DNA from: Marsupella aquatica
Taxonomy: Eukaryota > Plantae > Marchantiophyta
Direction of reading: 5' to 3'
DNA: 64,000 nt
Assembly (NCBI GenBank): GCA_973895155.1
Contig: OZ316897.1
Location: 6,562,470-6,626,469 of the forward strand
Every line of letters begins with the position of its first letter. Positions within the stretch are counted from its first letter, which is position 1. Positions 45,527 to 56,640 of this stretch are shown piece after piece. The position numbers and the translations under genes were made by a program. A model generated the notes under the pieces. The model did not search any database. It was not told the origin of the DNA and was given only the letters and a program-made list of their open reading frames with translations.

Positions 45527-47099
45527 GTGAGAAAAAAAGAAAAAGTATTGGGGTAGGGTGAGGCTTGAATAAGGGGGAGTGGGCTACTTTTTACTAAACA
45601 TAGTACAAATGACAAATCTCTGTGGTTCCCTACTCACGAAAGTACATGATAAGTTCCCTACTCACGATCGTGCATTCTTCTCCATAAAAAGCTTTACAAA
45701 AGGAGAAAATCAAGAAAGGGATTAGGTTGCTGGTGTGATGATTGCTTTTGCCAACAAAAGAAACGATCCGAAATGGAAATCGAAGTAACTTGCATGATGA
45801 GAAAAAGGACCAAGTTACTAAAACGAGCCTCACGAAGTACAAAGCAGTAAAAGCAAAAGCAAAAGCAAAAGCGAACTGACCGAGGACAGACTCAAAATTC
45901 ACAATGCACATGCATGCGAGAACTGCGCATCGTTTATTAGGTTAACCTGTTATTGTGGCTTTGAAGTTGTTAGGTCGCGCGGTTACTACTGGAATGTCCT
46001 CCATATCTGGAGTGTTTGCCAACTCGAATCTTATCCTACGCCGTACTTTTGTGTGACGCCAACTCTTACCATAAGGACATCGGAGTATCGGACTGATGCG
46101 CTCGCCTTCCAATTGCAGTCTTGGAGAGGAGCGGGCACGAAGCTCAGACGTGTTGGTTGGTTCACGCACTGCTCACCACAATCTCGACGACTGTCGTTAG
46201 TCGTCACCCAAAGAGATGGCATCCGCAAGTAAGATACTTCACATGGAAGCACAATCATCACCCACAGGCAATGGAGTGGCTCCTCCGAGATCCCGGGCGC
46301 GGTGGAGGACTTTGAGGCTTGAGAGTTGAGGACTTGAGGCAGCCGCTAAAATACCAACTTCAACAGAAATCCACATTCTCTCAGAAAAGGACAAAAGAGT
46401 TTGCGCAAGGATCACGTTCCAGCTTTTTCGAGGCCTCGACGTTCGGTCCTCCCTTCAATCTTCTCCCTCCTTGTCGGCTGTTTGTGTGCTGCTTTTATCT
46501 ATGAAATATTTTAAACAACATTAACGCAAAAATGGATCTCTGTCGCTAGTCAGGAAAAACCCCTCGTGTTGCTTGTCAACAGGGGCAGGGACAGTTGTCA
46601 TGAGCTTGGCTACCGAATTCCAGCGGGGACGTGCAATTCAGGCCATGATTTGTCGGCTAGACCTGCCTGTCCAGCGGTGTTGATAAGGTGACTGAAAAGT
46701 GGATTTCGTTTTATCTTTTCCCAGCCTTTCGTAGTTTTAATATAAAAAGTGATCCTCTCAATCTTTTTTCATTTGAATTTTATATAAAATTTGATCCTCG
46801 CAAGCCAAATCTGATTTAAAAAGCAGCTGCACTGACAAGGTTAAAAACAAGCATAGGGCCACAAAGAACAACAGCCCGGTGTACATATTATTCCAGACTG
46901 AAGGGGATAACTAATAGTATGTCTTTTGAGGTACGGACACTTACTAGCAAAGTTTTCTTAGTAACTTGATTGATAGTTCTTTGAATATAAACAGAAGTGA
47001 TTGCAAAATAAGACCTTCCAATGAAAAGATTCCTTATTATTTCCCTTTCAACTTTTCACACATCTCTATGTCACTTTGCCAAAATGACAAAACCTCAAA

Positions 47100-47400
47100 A
47101 CCTGGAGACAGCAGGCAAAAGGGCCCACTAAAGGGAGGGAAATAGGAAGACCCCAAGAATATTAAAGAGGCCCAGCAATGCTTGGGAGTCCCCCACAACA
47201 ACTAAGACCCTGTTGGGAGTCCACTAAGAAGTCAAGAACTAAGACCCTGTTGGGTGGAAAATTGAAGAGCCTGGTAGAGTTTTGGAGGTAAACCACAAAG
47301 GAGTGTGACAAAGAGAAATCTGTTAGAGGCCCTAAATCCAACAGCCTTGGCTTTACAAAGAATTATGAAAGCCTGAGCCCTATGAAGTCCAGCCAACACC
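47100..47400 (+). repeat. Dispersed repeat family member
   Basis: aggccctaaatccaacagccttggctttacaaagaattatgaaagcctg resembles aagccctaaaacctacagccttggccccacaaagaatggtgaaagcgtg near 56573. Internal direct repeat aactaagaccctgttggg x2. Confidence 0.5.
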
Positions 47401-49739
47401 CTCACTTCTAGTTATGTCCTTAGAGTAGTCTACCATATCTTTGTTTTCTGTCTACTCTCTCACTCTAGAGAATAGTCTAGAGACTTCACTCTAAACAATA
47501 GTCATATGGAATGGCTTTTGATTGCAATTGTTTACACTAAGATTTTAATTTCAAGCTAAATACAAGGGCAATGTTGATCTCCTCTATGGTCCAAGTCTCT
47601 GGAATGGTCAACCGGGAGGCTAACAAAGTGTACTTCATGCAGAACGAATGTTTGGCGCATGAGATACGACACAGCTTGGGTATGCTTGTCTGGGACCCTT
47701 GATTGACGACGGGTTTTGAGTGCCTAGGCATGAGCATTGGGTTAGTCTGATCAAAGCGGCCTAAGACAGTTCACTTATGGATGTCTAGCTAGAATGTTAT
47801 GGGCATAGCAAGTTAGTTGTGTGTCCATCTGTGCGGGTTGGAGTCCAGGTTGAGGGCCAAATATAGGGGACCGTAGCCAGTCCAAGGGTGACAGGTCTCT
47901 AGAAGCAAATACGAGGGGAATGGTGTCTCCCCAGGGGCCAAGGGTGAGCCCAAGTCGTGAGCTACGTCGACGCTCGCAAGACTAAGGAGAAACGTCAAGT
48001 GAAAACGGAGATAATTTATCAATGAGAAGTTTGTTGGAGTACTTCGTGGATGTGTTGGAAAGCTCTTGAGGAGGACTACAATTCACGTAATGAGTACATT
48101 AAGATACATAAAATCTTGAGTGATGTTTAGGGAACAAACAAGAAAAAGCAAGTTTGTGAAATAGATAGAAAAACTGAAAGGGTCATGTAACAGTTTATCA
48201 GGATGCAATTCATTTGGTTGAAAACATGGAAAATATGAAGCCATCCAATATATTAGATTCTGGCTAGAATCTCTATTTTGTAATACAATCTTCTACTTTT
48301 GTTTATATGGTTAAACTATTTCTCTTTTCTCATTTTCCTAAATTTATGATACTTCTCGTAATCCCCTCCTCATAACAAGGGAGATATTCTCCATGAGAAT
48401 TTACACCTTGTAAAATACAAAGAGAAAAATTCATAATTTATGTCAAAAATTCAAAATTTTGTAGCTGCTTGTCTTGAGATGATATGATGGACATTTTTGG
48501 ACTTCCTTCTAAATTTTGAAAAAAATTGTGATTGCAGTGGAGATGCTTTTAGTCTGCACGACCATTAAACTATATGTCAACCACAATCCCGACAAGCTCC
48601 TCCTTGCTCATTCCTGCCAAAGCCTTAGCTGTGGTCATTGAACTTGACTTGCAAAGCTCCTTTGCAAAACTTGAGTCTTCTTTGGGGAAGCACGAGTTGT
48701 ATGTTTCTCTTTTTGTGCTGCCGTAAAACTGATGGTTGAAAGAAAAGGGATCCATTGGGAGGTAAGAGAATTGGAGTGAAGAGAGAAGAGAGAGGGCGGG
48801 CAATCACGGGCTCACCCAGGCAAGGTGACCCACCTTTTTAGAACAGGACAGGTTTGGGTTTGTAGAGCAAAGAGTCAGCTGTTAGATACAGATATTTGGC
48901 ACAATCTTGGCTAACACGTAAATAAACTATAAATTATTTTATATGTCAATTGCTATATGGAAAATCAATATATTTTTCCATACTATGTTGTAAGATTGAG
49001 TGTCCTGTCCATGCAAAAATTACATTGCATGACCACCAATGTGAAAAAGGTTTCATTGCTCAAGGAATGCTACAATGGTGCATATCCATAATTAGTATAT
49101 TGTTCAATTAAAAATGTGTTGTTTTAATGGGACTTTATGTTATGTATTTTAGTTTCAATGTGCCTTACCAAGGTGCATCATTGGTATTATTATTATTAAG
49201 ATTTAAATTTATTTTGGCACTCTTCTTAATGTTTTTAATCTCTGCTCTTAGACCTCTGCTTTCACGCTAATTTGTGATTTCAATATAGTGTGCTTCCAAT
49301 CCATTTACCAAATTTCAAGGAATTGTTACCACTTGAGAGAGATCCTATCTCCTCTCATCAATGAGAGAAAAAAATGATTCTAGGCTATTGATGTGTAATC
49401 TCATTATTTAGCTCGTGTTTTTGACTTCTCATTACATAAGCAAGTGAGAATGTATACCTTATGTGCACTACTATTCACTCCCTTGTATCATAAACTTGTA
49501 CTTTTAGTGGTCCTTGTGTGGAATATATTTTCTTTGCATGTTTTGTATTTTGATTCTTGTATTTTACATGACTCAATCTTAGCAAATATTTTATAATAGA
49601 CAAAACTATATTAGATCTGAGTGCGTTGTGTTAACTAGTTTCAAATATTTTTCACAATTTCAAATGGCATTGAAGTTGGGCCTCATGGTGAGAGTGCTAG
49701 TTTTTCTTGAAATGCTCCAAACCCAACTTTGATTAAAAC

Positions 49740-51240
49740 ATTAACAACTTTGATTTAAAACATTAAGAACTCACACTTAACCAATAAACTCATGATATTG
49801 AAAGAGTGAGGAGCATAAGTCATAGATCAAAGTATCAACAATAAATATATCAAAATTAAATAATATAATCAGAGTGTTGGCTAGTTCATTACTTATTGTA
49901 GGTTTCTTGTTCAACCCTTGATGGAACTTGAACATTGTGAGATGTTTGTATAATTATATTGACAAGAGAACACATGCCCAAGTTAATGTACATTATCAAA
50001 ATCAATAAGGTGACTAATTTATCAACCTAAAATTATACATTATTTTCTAGATTTTAATCTTTACTAATTTATTTATTTGATTTGCTTTAAAAAAATAATT
50101 TAAATTGGTTAATCTAGATTACATTTTAATATAATAAAATATTTGATAAATCAAATTCATATTTGAAACACATATCGCATAAAAAATAAATATTATAATT
50201 TAAAATATTAATTTTGTAATATTAAAATTAAAATAATTAATAAATTTATTTAATTAATATATTTTATTTTAAATAAAAATAATAATATATATATATTTTT
50301 AATCAAATTTAACAATAAATATAAATATAATAAATATAAATATAAAAATAAAATTTTAATAATTATAAATTTGATTAAAAATATCTATAAATTATAAAAA
50401 TTATAATTATTTTAAAATAAAATTTAAAAGAAGAGAAAATAAAAAGTTAATTTGACATATCTATATCATAACAAATAAAATTTATATTTAGATCATCATT
50501 ATTCGATTGCAAAGAAAAAAACAAAATGTAATTACATTTTATCATTTACTTTGAAGAATATCGTAACAGATAATATTAATAGAATCTAAATTTGATTAAA
50601 TATATTTGAATATCAAATTATATTTAACAAGAATTTTTCTCATAAAATATAATTTGACAAAAAATGAATGTTTTTTTATGAATACGTCTAATTACTAAAG
50701 TTACTAAAAATTTTAATGTTACTCATAACAAAGATATTTTTAATTGTATAAAAAATATTAATATTTGGTCTCTATGATTTCAATGGATCATAAACTCAAA
50801 AAATTCATAGCCAAAGGTAATTTTGATTGAATTATTTATTATTAACATAAAATTTTAGTAAATTAATTTTTATTGTGTTGATATAAAATATTAGTTCATA
50901 TGTTTTCATTATCTAATTTTTTGTAAATGAAAAATAAAATAATATTTTAAGATTCGTAATCATAAAATATATCAAATCCAAAATTCACACGGATGAAAAA
51001 AATATGATCCATTAGAGCATTGAGTTGAACATGAATATTAATCTAAGTTTAACTTTCTAAGTCTACTACTTATCGATTCAAAAAATTAACTTGCAAAAAC
51101 ATTTCTTTTTGTATATTATATGAATTACGCTTGGAACTTTAAGATCAGTTGATCATTCAATTATTTTCTTTGGACCAAATAAATATTTTAATTTAATTTA
51201 TTAAAGCTAAAAATAATTTGATTTGATTTTAGTGCATAAA
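49740..51240. other. Extremely AT-rich island
   Basis: 50200-50430 is almost entirely A/T, and the track shows no ORF of 60 aa or more between 48807 and 51750. Confidence 0.85.
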
Positions 51241-53273
51241 GTAAAGTGGGTTCAAAAAGTATTAGTAGACAGGAGTGGATAAAACATATGCAAACTAGGT
51301 TGTGTTTAATTGACAATGTGATATACTTGCTAGTAATTACAAGCTATCATAATTTGAAATTTAACTCACAAGCAAGGCACAACTTTCATATTTAAACTTT
51401 TCATATTTAGTAGCAGCTGATCTTGGCCACCTACTATGGATTATACACACAACATGAACTAGAGAGTATAATTAAAAAGAAAACACAAATTATAAATCTA
51501 GACAATGGTTTTAGTCAACAGTCTTTAGAGCTTTCACTCAAAAAATTACTAGTAAGTGACATCTAAGATTTATATAGTACTCTGTTTCTCTATGTGTGTT
51601 ATTGAGGGTTTAGGGTTGGAGGCGTAATAGAAGATTAAATGACTATGACAGAATGCTGCTCTTTGAGTTTAACTATTTGTTTTTAGTATACAATGTCTTA
51701 TGTTACAAACTTGAAAGGTCTTTAGAAGTGAGTTATTCACCATTGATCTTTGTGGTATGTAAACTCTAATATTTCTATCCAAAATTATGCAATCTTCATA
51801 GTTTCTAAAATCAATAACTCAAACTTCGTATGTAGACACATGGAAACCCTAATTCACAAATCTCGGACCCGATCTCAGACCAGGTTTGAGGAAATGTATA
51901 AACTTTTTGAGGAAACATATTATTTTAAAAACTAATTAAAGACTTGTGTCCAATACATATGCCACTCTTTATGACTTGCTTGCTTAGTTAGTTCTCAAAG
52001 CCATTATAATTCTTATATCTACAAGTATGGGTGGGTAGTTACTATAACTTTGATTTTTTTTGTCATATAAAAAGCTCTGACTATTATTTAGTTTAATAAT
52101 ACAGGTGAGACCTCTAAGGCAACTTACAACAATTTGCATAGTTAATGTTCCAAATATGAACTCAAGACATTTAAGATGATTTAATGATAACAACATTTTA
52201 AAATGACTTATCTACTGAAATTGAAAATCTCATGCTACATGTTTCAATACTTTTGTTGCTTCACCAGCCATGATAAGAATGGATATGAGTTCCATGCATT
52301 TACTGTCACTAGCAAATTTGATTTTCCACAACTTCACTAATTTTCAGCTTTAATTTTATAAGTTTTGTCTAGACCTTGGAATTTAATAATCTTTTAAATT
52401 GAATAAACAAGCCACACCTGGGGAACAAGTATTCTGGAATCAAGTTACCTGGGACAACAGGCTTCTCAAGAAAATTCACTAAGATCTAGTAGGGCAGGGT
52501 TACAAAGAGGCAGAACCATGTAGAGAAACACATACTTACCAGGGGGTATTTCACTTCTCTTACCAGGCAAGAATGAATTTTCCCTTGAATGTATATGGCA
52601 CTCTATATTGTTCCATATGAGTGGATCTGCAAAGTTGCCATTGATTTTCCTAATGAACATGTTCAAACACAACAAAGATGCTCTAAGCTAACTGTTTAAT
52701 TTAGTGCAAACCAAAGCTGAGGTTTTGCATTAGACTCATTGTATTATGTAAGCAGACTGGAGTTTTGGCTAGCAAGGAAAGTATTGTCACAAGTGTTTCT
52801 TAATGTATTTTGACTCTTGCTAACTTTTGTATTTCTAGTGCATTTCTCAGAGTTTACATGACTAGCCAGTTTTGCTAACCAAAAGAGCAGTACCCAAATT
52901 GTATTGTATAAAAATTATAACAAAAGTTCAGACATATGAAACTAGGTTCAAGGCTAGCCAGGCCAGCAAAATGATGTATACTTAGTGTTTTTTTTTCTGG
53001 TTACACTATTTGCTTTTCCCTTGTAACAGCAAGAAATGTCCTTGTTGCTTGCAGGCTACAATTCCCTGGATTATGTGAGCAAACTAAGTGAGGACAGACC
53101 TATGTACATAATCTAACCTTACGTCCTAACGACAGACATTCAAACTAGTCATGAATTAAAACAGACTGGCCCCAATTATGTTCACCAATTATGTTCAACA
53201 GAGGAACTAAATTCACTGACGTTACATGATTCAAAGCAGTAACCCATCATTTCGAGATTATATGCATGGTATC

Positions 53274-53658
53274 TCAGCCCTGACGAACGAAAGAGGTTAA
53301 GGTTCCCCGTGGATAATCATGTGACAGCAACATACTTAACAACACCGTGCATGCACAATTTAGCTAGAGTCAATTTAGCGAGAGTTCAGTTTCGGTGCAT
53401 ATATTATGGTTTCGACGAAGATAATGATGTGACAGCAAGGTCGTAAGAATAGTTAGTCAGTGGATGCCCAATACTACCTAGAATTCAGTTCGGGTGCGTT
53501 GAACAGACGAGGGTTTCCACGAGGATAATCATGTGACAGCAACGTAATTAGAGCTCTAAATAGTGTCCAACATGTTCATTTATGCCTATTCTCAATGCAT
53601 GTTACAGTCCTGCAGACGAAGAAGTTGGTGTCGAGGAGGAAAATCACATGACAGCAAA
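53274..53658. repeat. Four-unit degenerate tandem array (periods 108/104/115 bp) with conserved core
   Basis: Core GGTTTC(C/G)ACGAGGATAATCATGTGACAGCAA; (G/A)TGACAGCAA at 53321, 53429, 53533 and 53648. Confidence 0.85.
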
Positions 53659-54262
53659 GTTAAAGACTGGCCACCATCTTTCAAGACAGACTATTATAGA
53701 GATTAGAAACTAACCTCGAGGCCATCGCTTTGACAGAGCCGAAACCTCATGTCGCGAGGAAGGTAGCTGACGCTGAGAAGACATACTCCGACTATATAAT
53801 TTCCCCGGCGTTATTCCGTATTGACCATGCTGTCTGTGAGTTTTTAATTCGAGCATGCGCGGCATGATCATTGCAGACCTGAACTGGATCAGGTGTTTGG
53901 TGTACTGTAAGTGTACATCCATCGATGGATATTCATAGCCTTCAGTTGATCTGTCAGCAAAGAATACTGTACGTCCAAATGCGTTCGACTTGAAATCGGT
54001 ACGTGCTGCAGTGACAGACAAGATCCAAAGAAGTCCCTGACTGTCAAAAAACGGAGCAGAAGAATGGAAGCGTCAAGTCAAAGATCCAGGACGTGGAATT
54101 GAGAAGCAATCAAGTGACCTTAGAATGAATATTTGTGTCGTCTGAATTGCCAAAGCTTGCCCGTTCAGGAACCTCCACTAGATGTTGCTTCTCCTGGCTA
54201 TTGCGGATCAGTCCAATAGGTCTCTCCAAACGCAGTGCACCGTTCTCAGTGAAGACAAGAAT
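53592..54262 (-). CDS. Unidentified spliced gene, 3' portion (4 predicted exons)
   Basis: Exons 54262-54119, 54036-53879, 53772-53715 and 53609-53592. GT-AG introns of 82, 106 and 105 nt with pyrimidine-rich acceptors and phases 0/2/0 give an open frame: ILVFTENGALRLERPIG...SKGLLWILSVTAARTDFKSNAFGRTVFFADRS...IQFSVSYLPRDMRFRLCQSDGLEDCNMH*. The 5' end is unresolved. Confidence 0.5.
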
Positions 54263-56269
54263 CTGGTAAGCAAGGAAAAAAGCAGAATCAGTAGACATCG
54301 AGTCCTTCGTCTGATCGTTAGTGAGATTTGCTGTACTCTATAATTCTCTCAGCAGCTCCCCCTGAGCATGCAGATCGGTTTGCTGTTCTGCTGTACAGCT
54401 GGGACAGTTGGCTGCAGTTCCCCGACCCTGGCATGCATGTCTTTACATTTCCTGTGATCGCACCGTTCCTGTTTTTGTTAGATGGCTGTGGGGTAAAGCA
54501 TGTCATGGTCGTTGCGCTCACGCCGATTGTGCATTGATCTTGAAGGTGACACCAAAAACCCTAGAAATTGAATGGGTACTGATAACTCGACGTCCTGCTT
54601 CGAACCTCAGCAGTGGCAAAGGTTTCCCAAATGTCAACTCAAGATAAAGATCACTGTTCATTACTCGTAGGTATGACACAAATGTGACTGTTCGTCTTTT
54701 CTATTTTTTCTCGGACGAACTTTCTCCAGATACTTTCACGTTTGGGGCAAGGGTCCTTTGGAGGCGGCTAGCGACCTTGTATTTGTGTATACTGTCCTAC
54801 TGTAGTCCCTATCCCTGAAACTTCTGATCCGTTGCGTTTTAGGAACTGTTGAAGGCTAGGGCCGTTGAATCTTTGCGGATCGAGCGGTCTCAATTATACT
54901 AAGCCCTTGGCTCAGCTGCGTTGACGTTTTCAATGCGCTCACTCACACAGGGAAAGGGCGTTTATGATGTCCAAGCATTTTGCTGAACAGGATCACGTTG
55001 GCTCCAGCGGGAGGATAAATCAAAACCTGAGAAAATCATAAAGTTTGGCCCTTAGGTGCTAGGTCAGACATCAGACAAACTGAAAATGTCTACTATGCAA
55101 ACCTACGCGCCGCGACCCTTCTGCTGACTTTAAAACAAAAGCCCAGGCACCCTTCAGCATAGAAGGATTCGACCAAAGACGAGGGCTCTAGAGTTTAGAG
55201 TTCTCTTGTATGTTGAGTTAAAGTAAGGACGAAGAAGCACATATATAGTCAGCACATATTAGACATGACTGATAAGATAGATATCCAATTTGTCAGTCAT
55301 ACTCTACATACCATTTTTTGAATCCTAAGTTGTCTTGCGTCAATTTGAACTGAAAATGCCCAAGTATTTGCTTGAAAGCTAGCTTTCGAAGGGCGATGAC
55401 ATTTTCACAAAGCACTACCCATGGAAACGGGGGCAACGGAATTCGTCAAGGTTTTGTTTATAGCTACCAGAAGTTGTATTGTCGACATGGGTGGAATAGC
55501 TCTAATAATCTATGGTTTATCGGAGTGGAGCCACAGGTGACGAGACCAAAGTTGGTCGTCGACGTACTGTAGATATATTATCACACTGAGGTACGTCAAT
55601 AGGCATGCCATTCATTTGATTTTGATTGACTAGTAAGCAATTGATTTCCATTAATCCAATTACGGATAGTTAGATTATCGCATGCCAAAGAAAACCTGCC
55701 CCGTGAGGTCATCATCGGTGTCTCTTTTGGTGTCTTGAGTGTTTTACAACATAATTTCTGTGACTGCATGAAACTCCCACGAATATGATTGTACGCAAGG
55801 GGGTGGACATGGCGAGGACAACTCACATTGATGTCCCACGCAGAAGAAGATATTTTCCGACCAAACGTCACGAGAAGCAGCCAATAACAGTAGTTTCGCC
55901 ACCTGGAGGCGTTTGTTAAGTCCTTTAGACGGTGGCATATACTCCTCCCATGTGGCGAAACTTTTCAATAATCCAATCACTCGGTGAGTTATGAGTCTTT
56001 TCAGCACCGAAATTTTCGCTACTGTATATTAATTAACAGATACACTTGCTTACATATGGGCAACGGCTCGCGCAAGTGAGCCACACACTAACTTCATAAT
56101 TACTTGTCTTGCATGTCAAAACTTCTCAAGAAGTAAGTAGTCCGACTCATGCTATGGTATGTGGATAATACTTTGTGTTATTAATCGTGAGCTACTATGC
56201 CTTGAAAGAGAAATTTAGCCCAAGTTTTGAGGGGTTACTATCCCTCATAATGTCTGGTAACAAAGAGGA

Positions 56270-56640
56270 TTACAAGGGTGAAAGTCTCAATAAAGGGGGA
56301 CAAAAGGAAATGCATTAAAAGCAAAAGACCTGTACACTCGTGTTAAGTTTCGCGTAAGTAGAACTGGGATTGGGATTTGGGCATTTGGGCTGTTGGGAGC
56401 AAGAGGACCAAAGAGGCCCCACAAACTCGAGAGTCCTCATCAAAACACAAAAGAACGCAATGTTCAATTGAGGGGTCAAAAACCTTCATTAGTTACTCAC
56501 GGAAAACTGAAAAGTCTGGCCATTGATCTTTGCAGTAAACTATGCAAGGAGAGTCACGCAGAGTCTATCTAGAAGCCCTAAAACCTACAGCCTTGGCCCC
56601 ACAAAGAATGGTGAAAGCGTGGGCCGGATAAACACCCTCT
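56270..56640 (+). repeat. Dispersed repeat family member
   Basis: Shares blocks with 47100-47400 and, inverted, with 15330-15520. Confidence 0.5.

Noticed and set aside
52532-52546. ATACTTACC resembling the U1 snRNA 5' end
   Set aside because: No U1 stem-loops or Sm site follow; it is the complement of a consensus 5' splice site on the minus strand.
53274-53658. CRISPR array
   Set aside because: The context is eukaryotic with no cas genes, the repeats are degenerate, and the ~75-85-nt spacers are homologous to each other.
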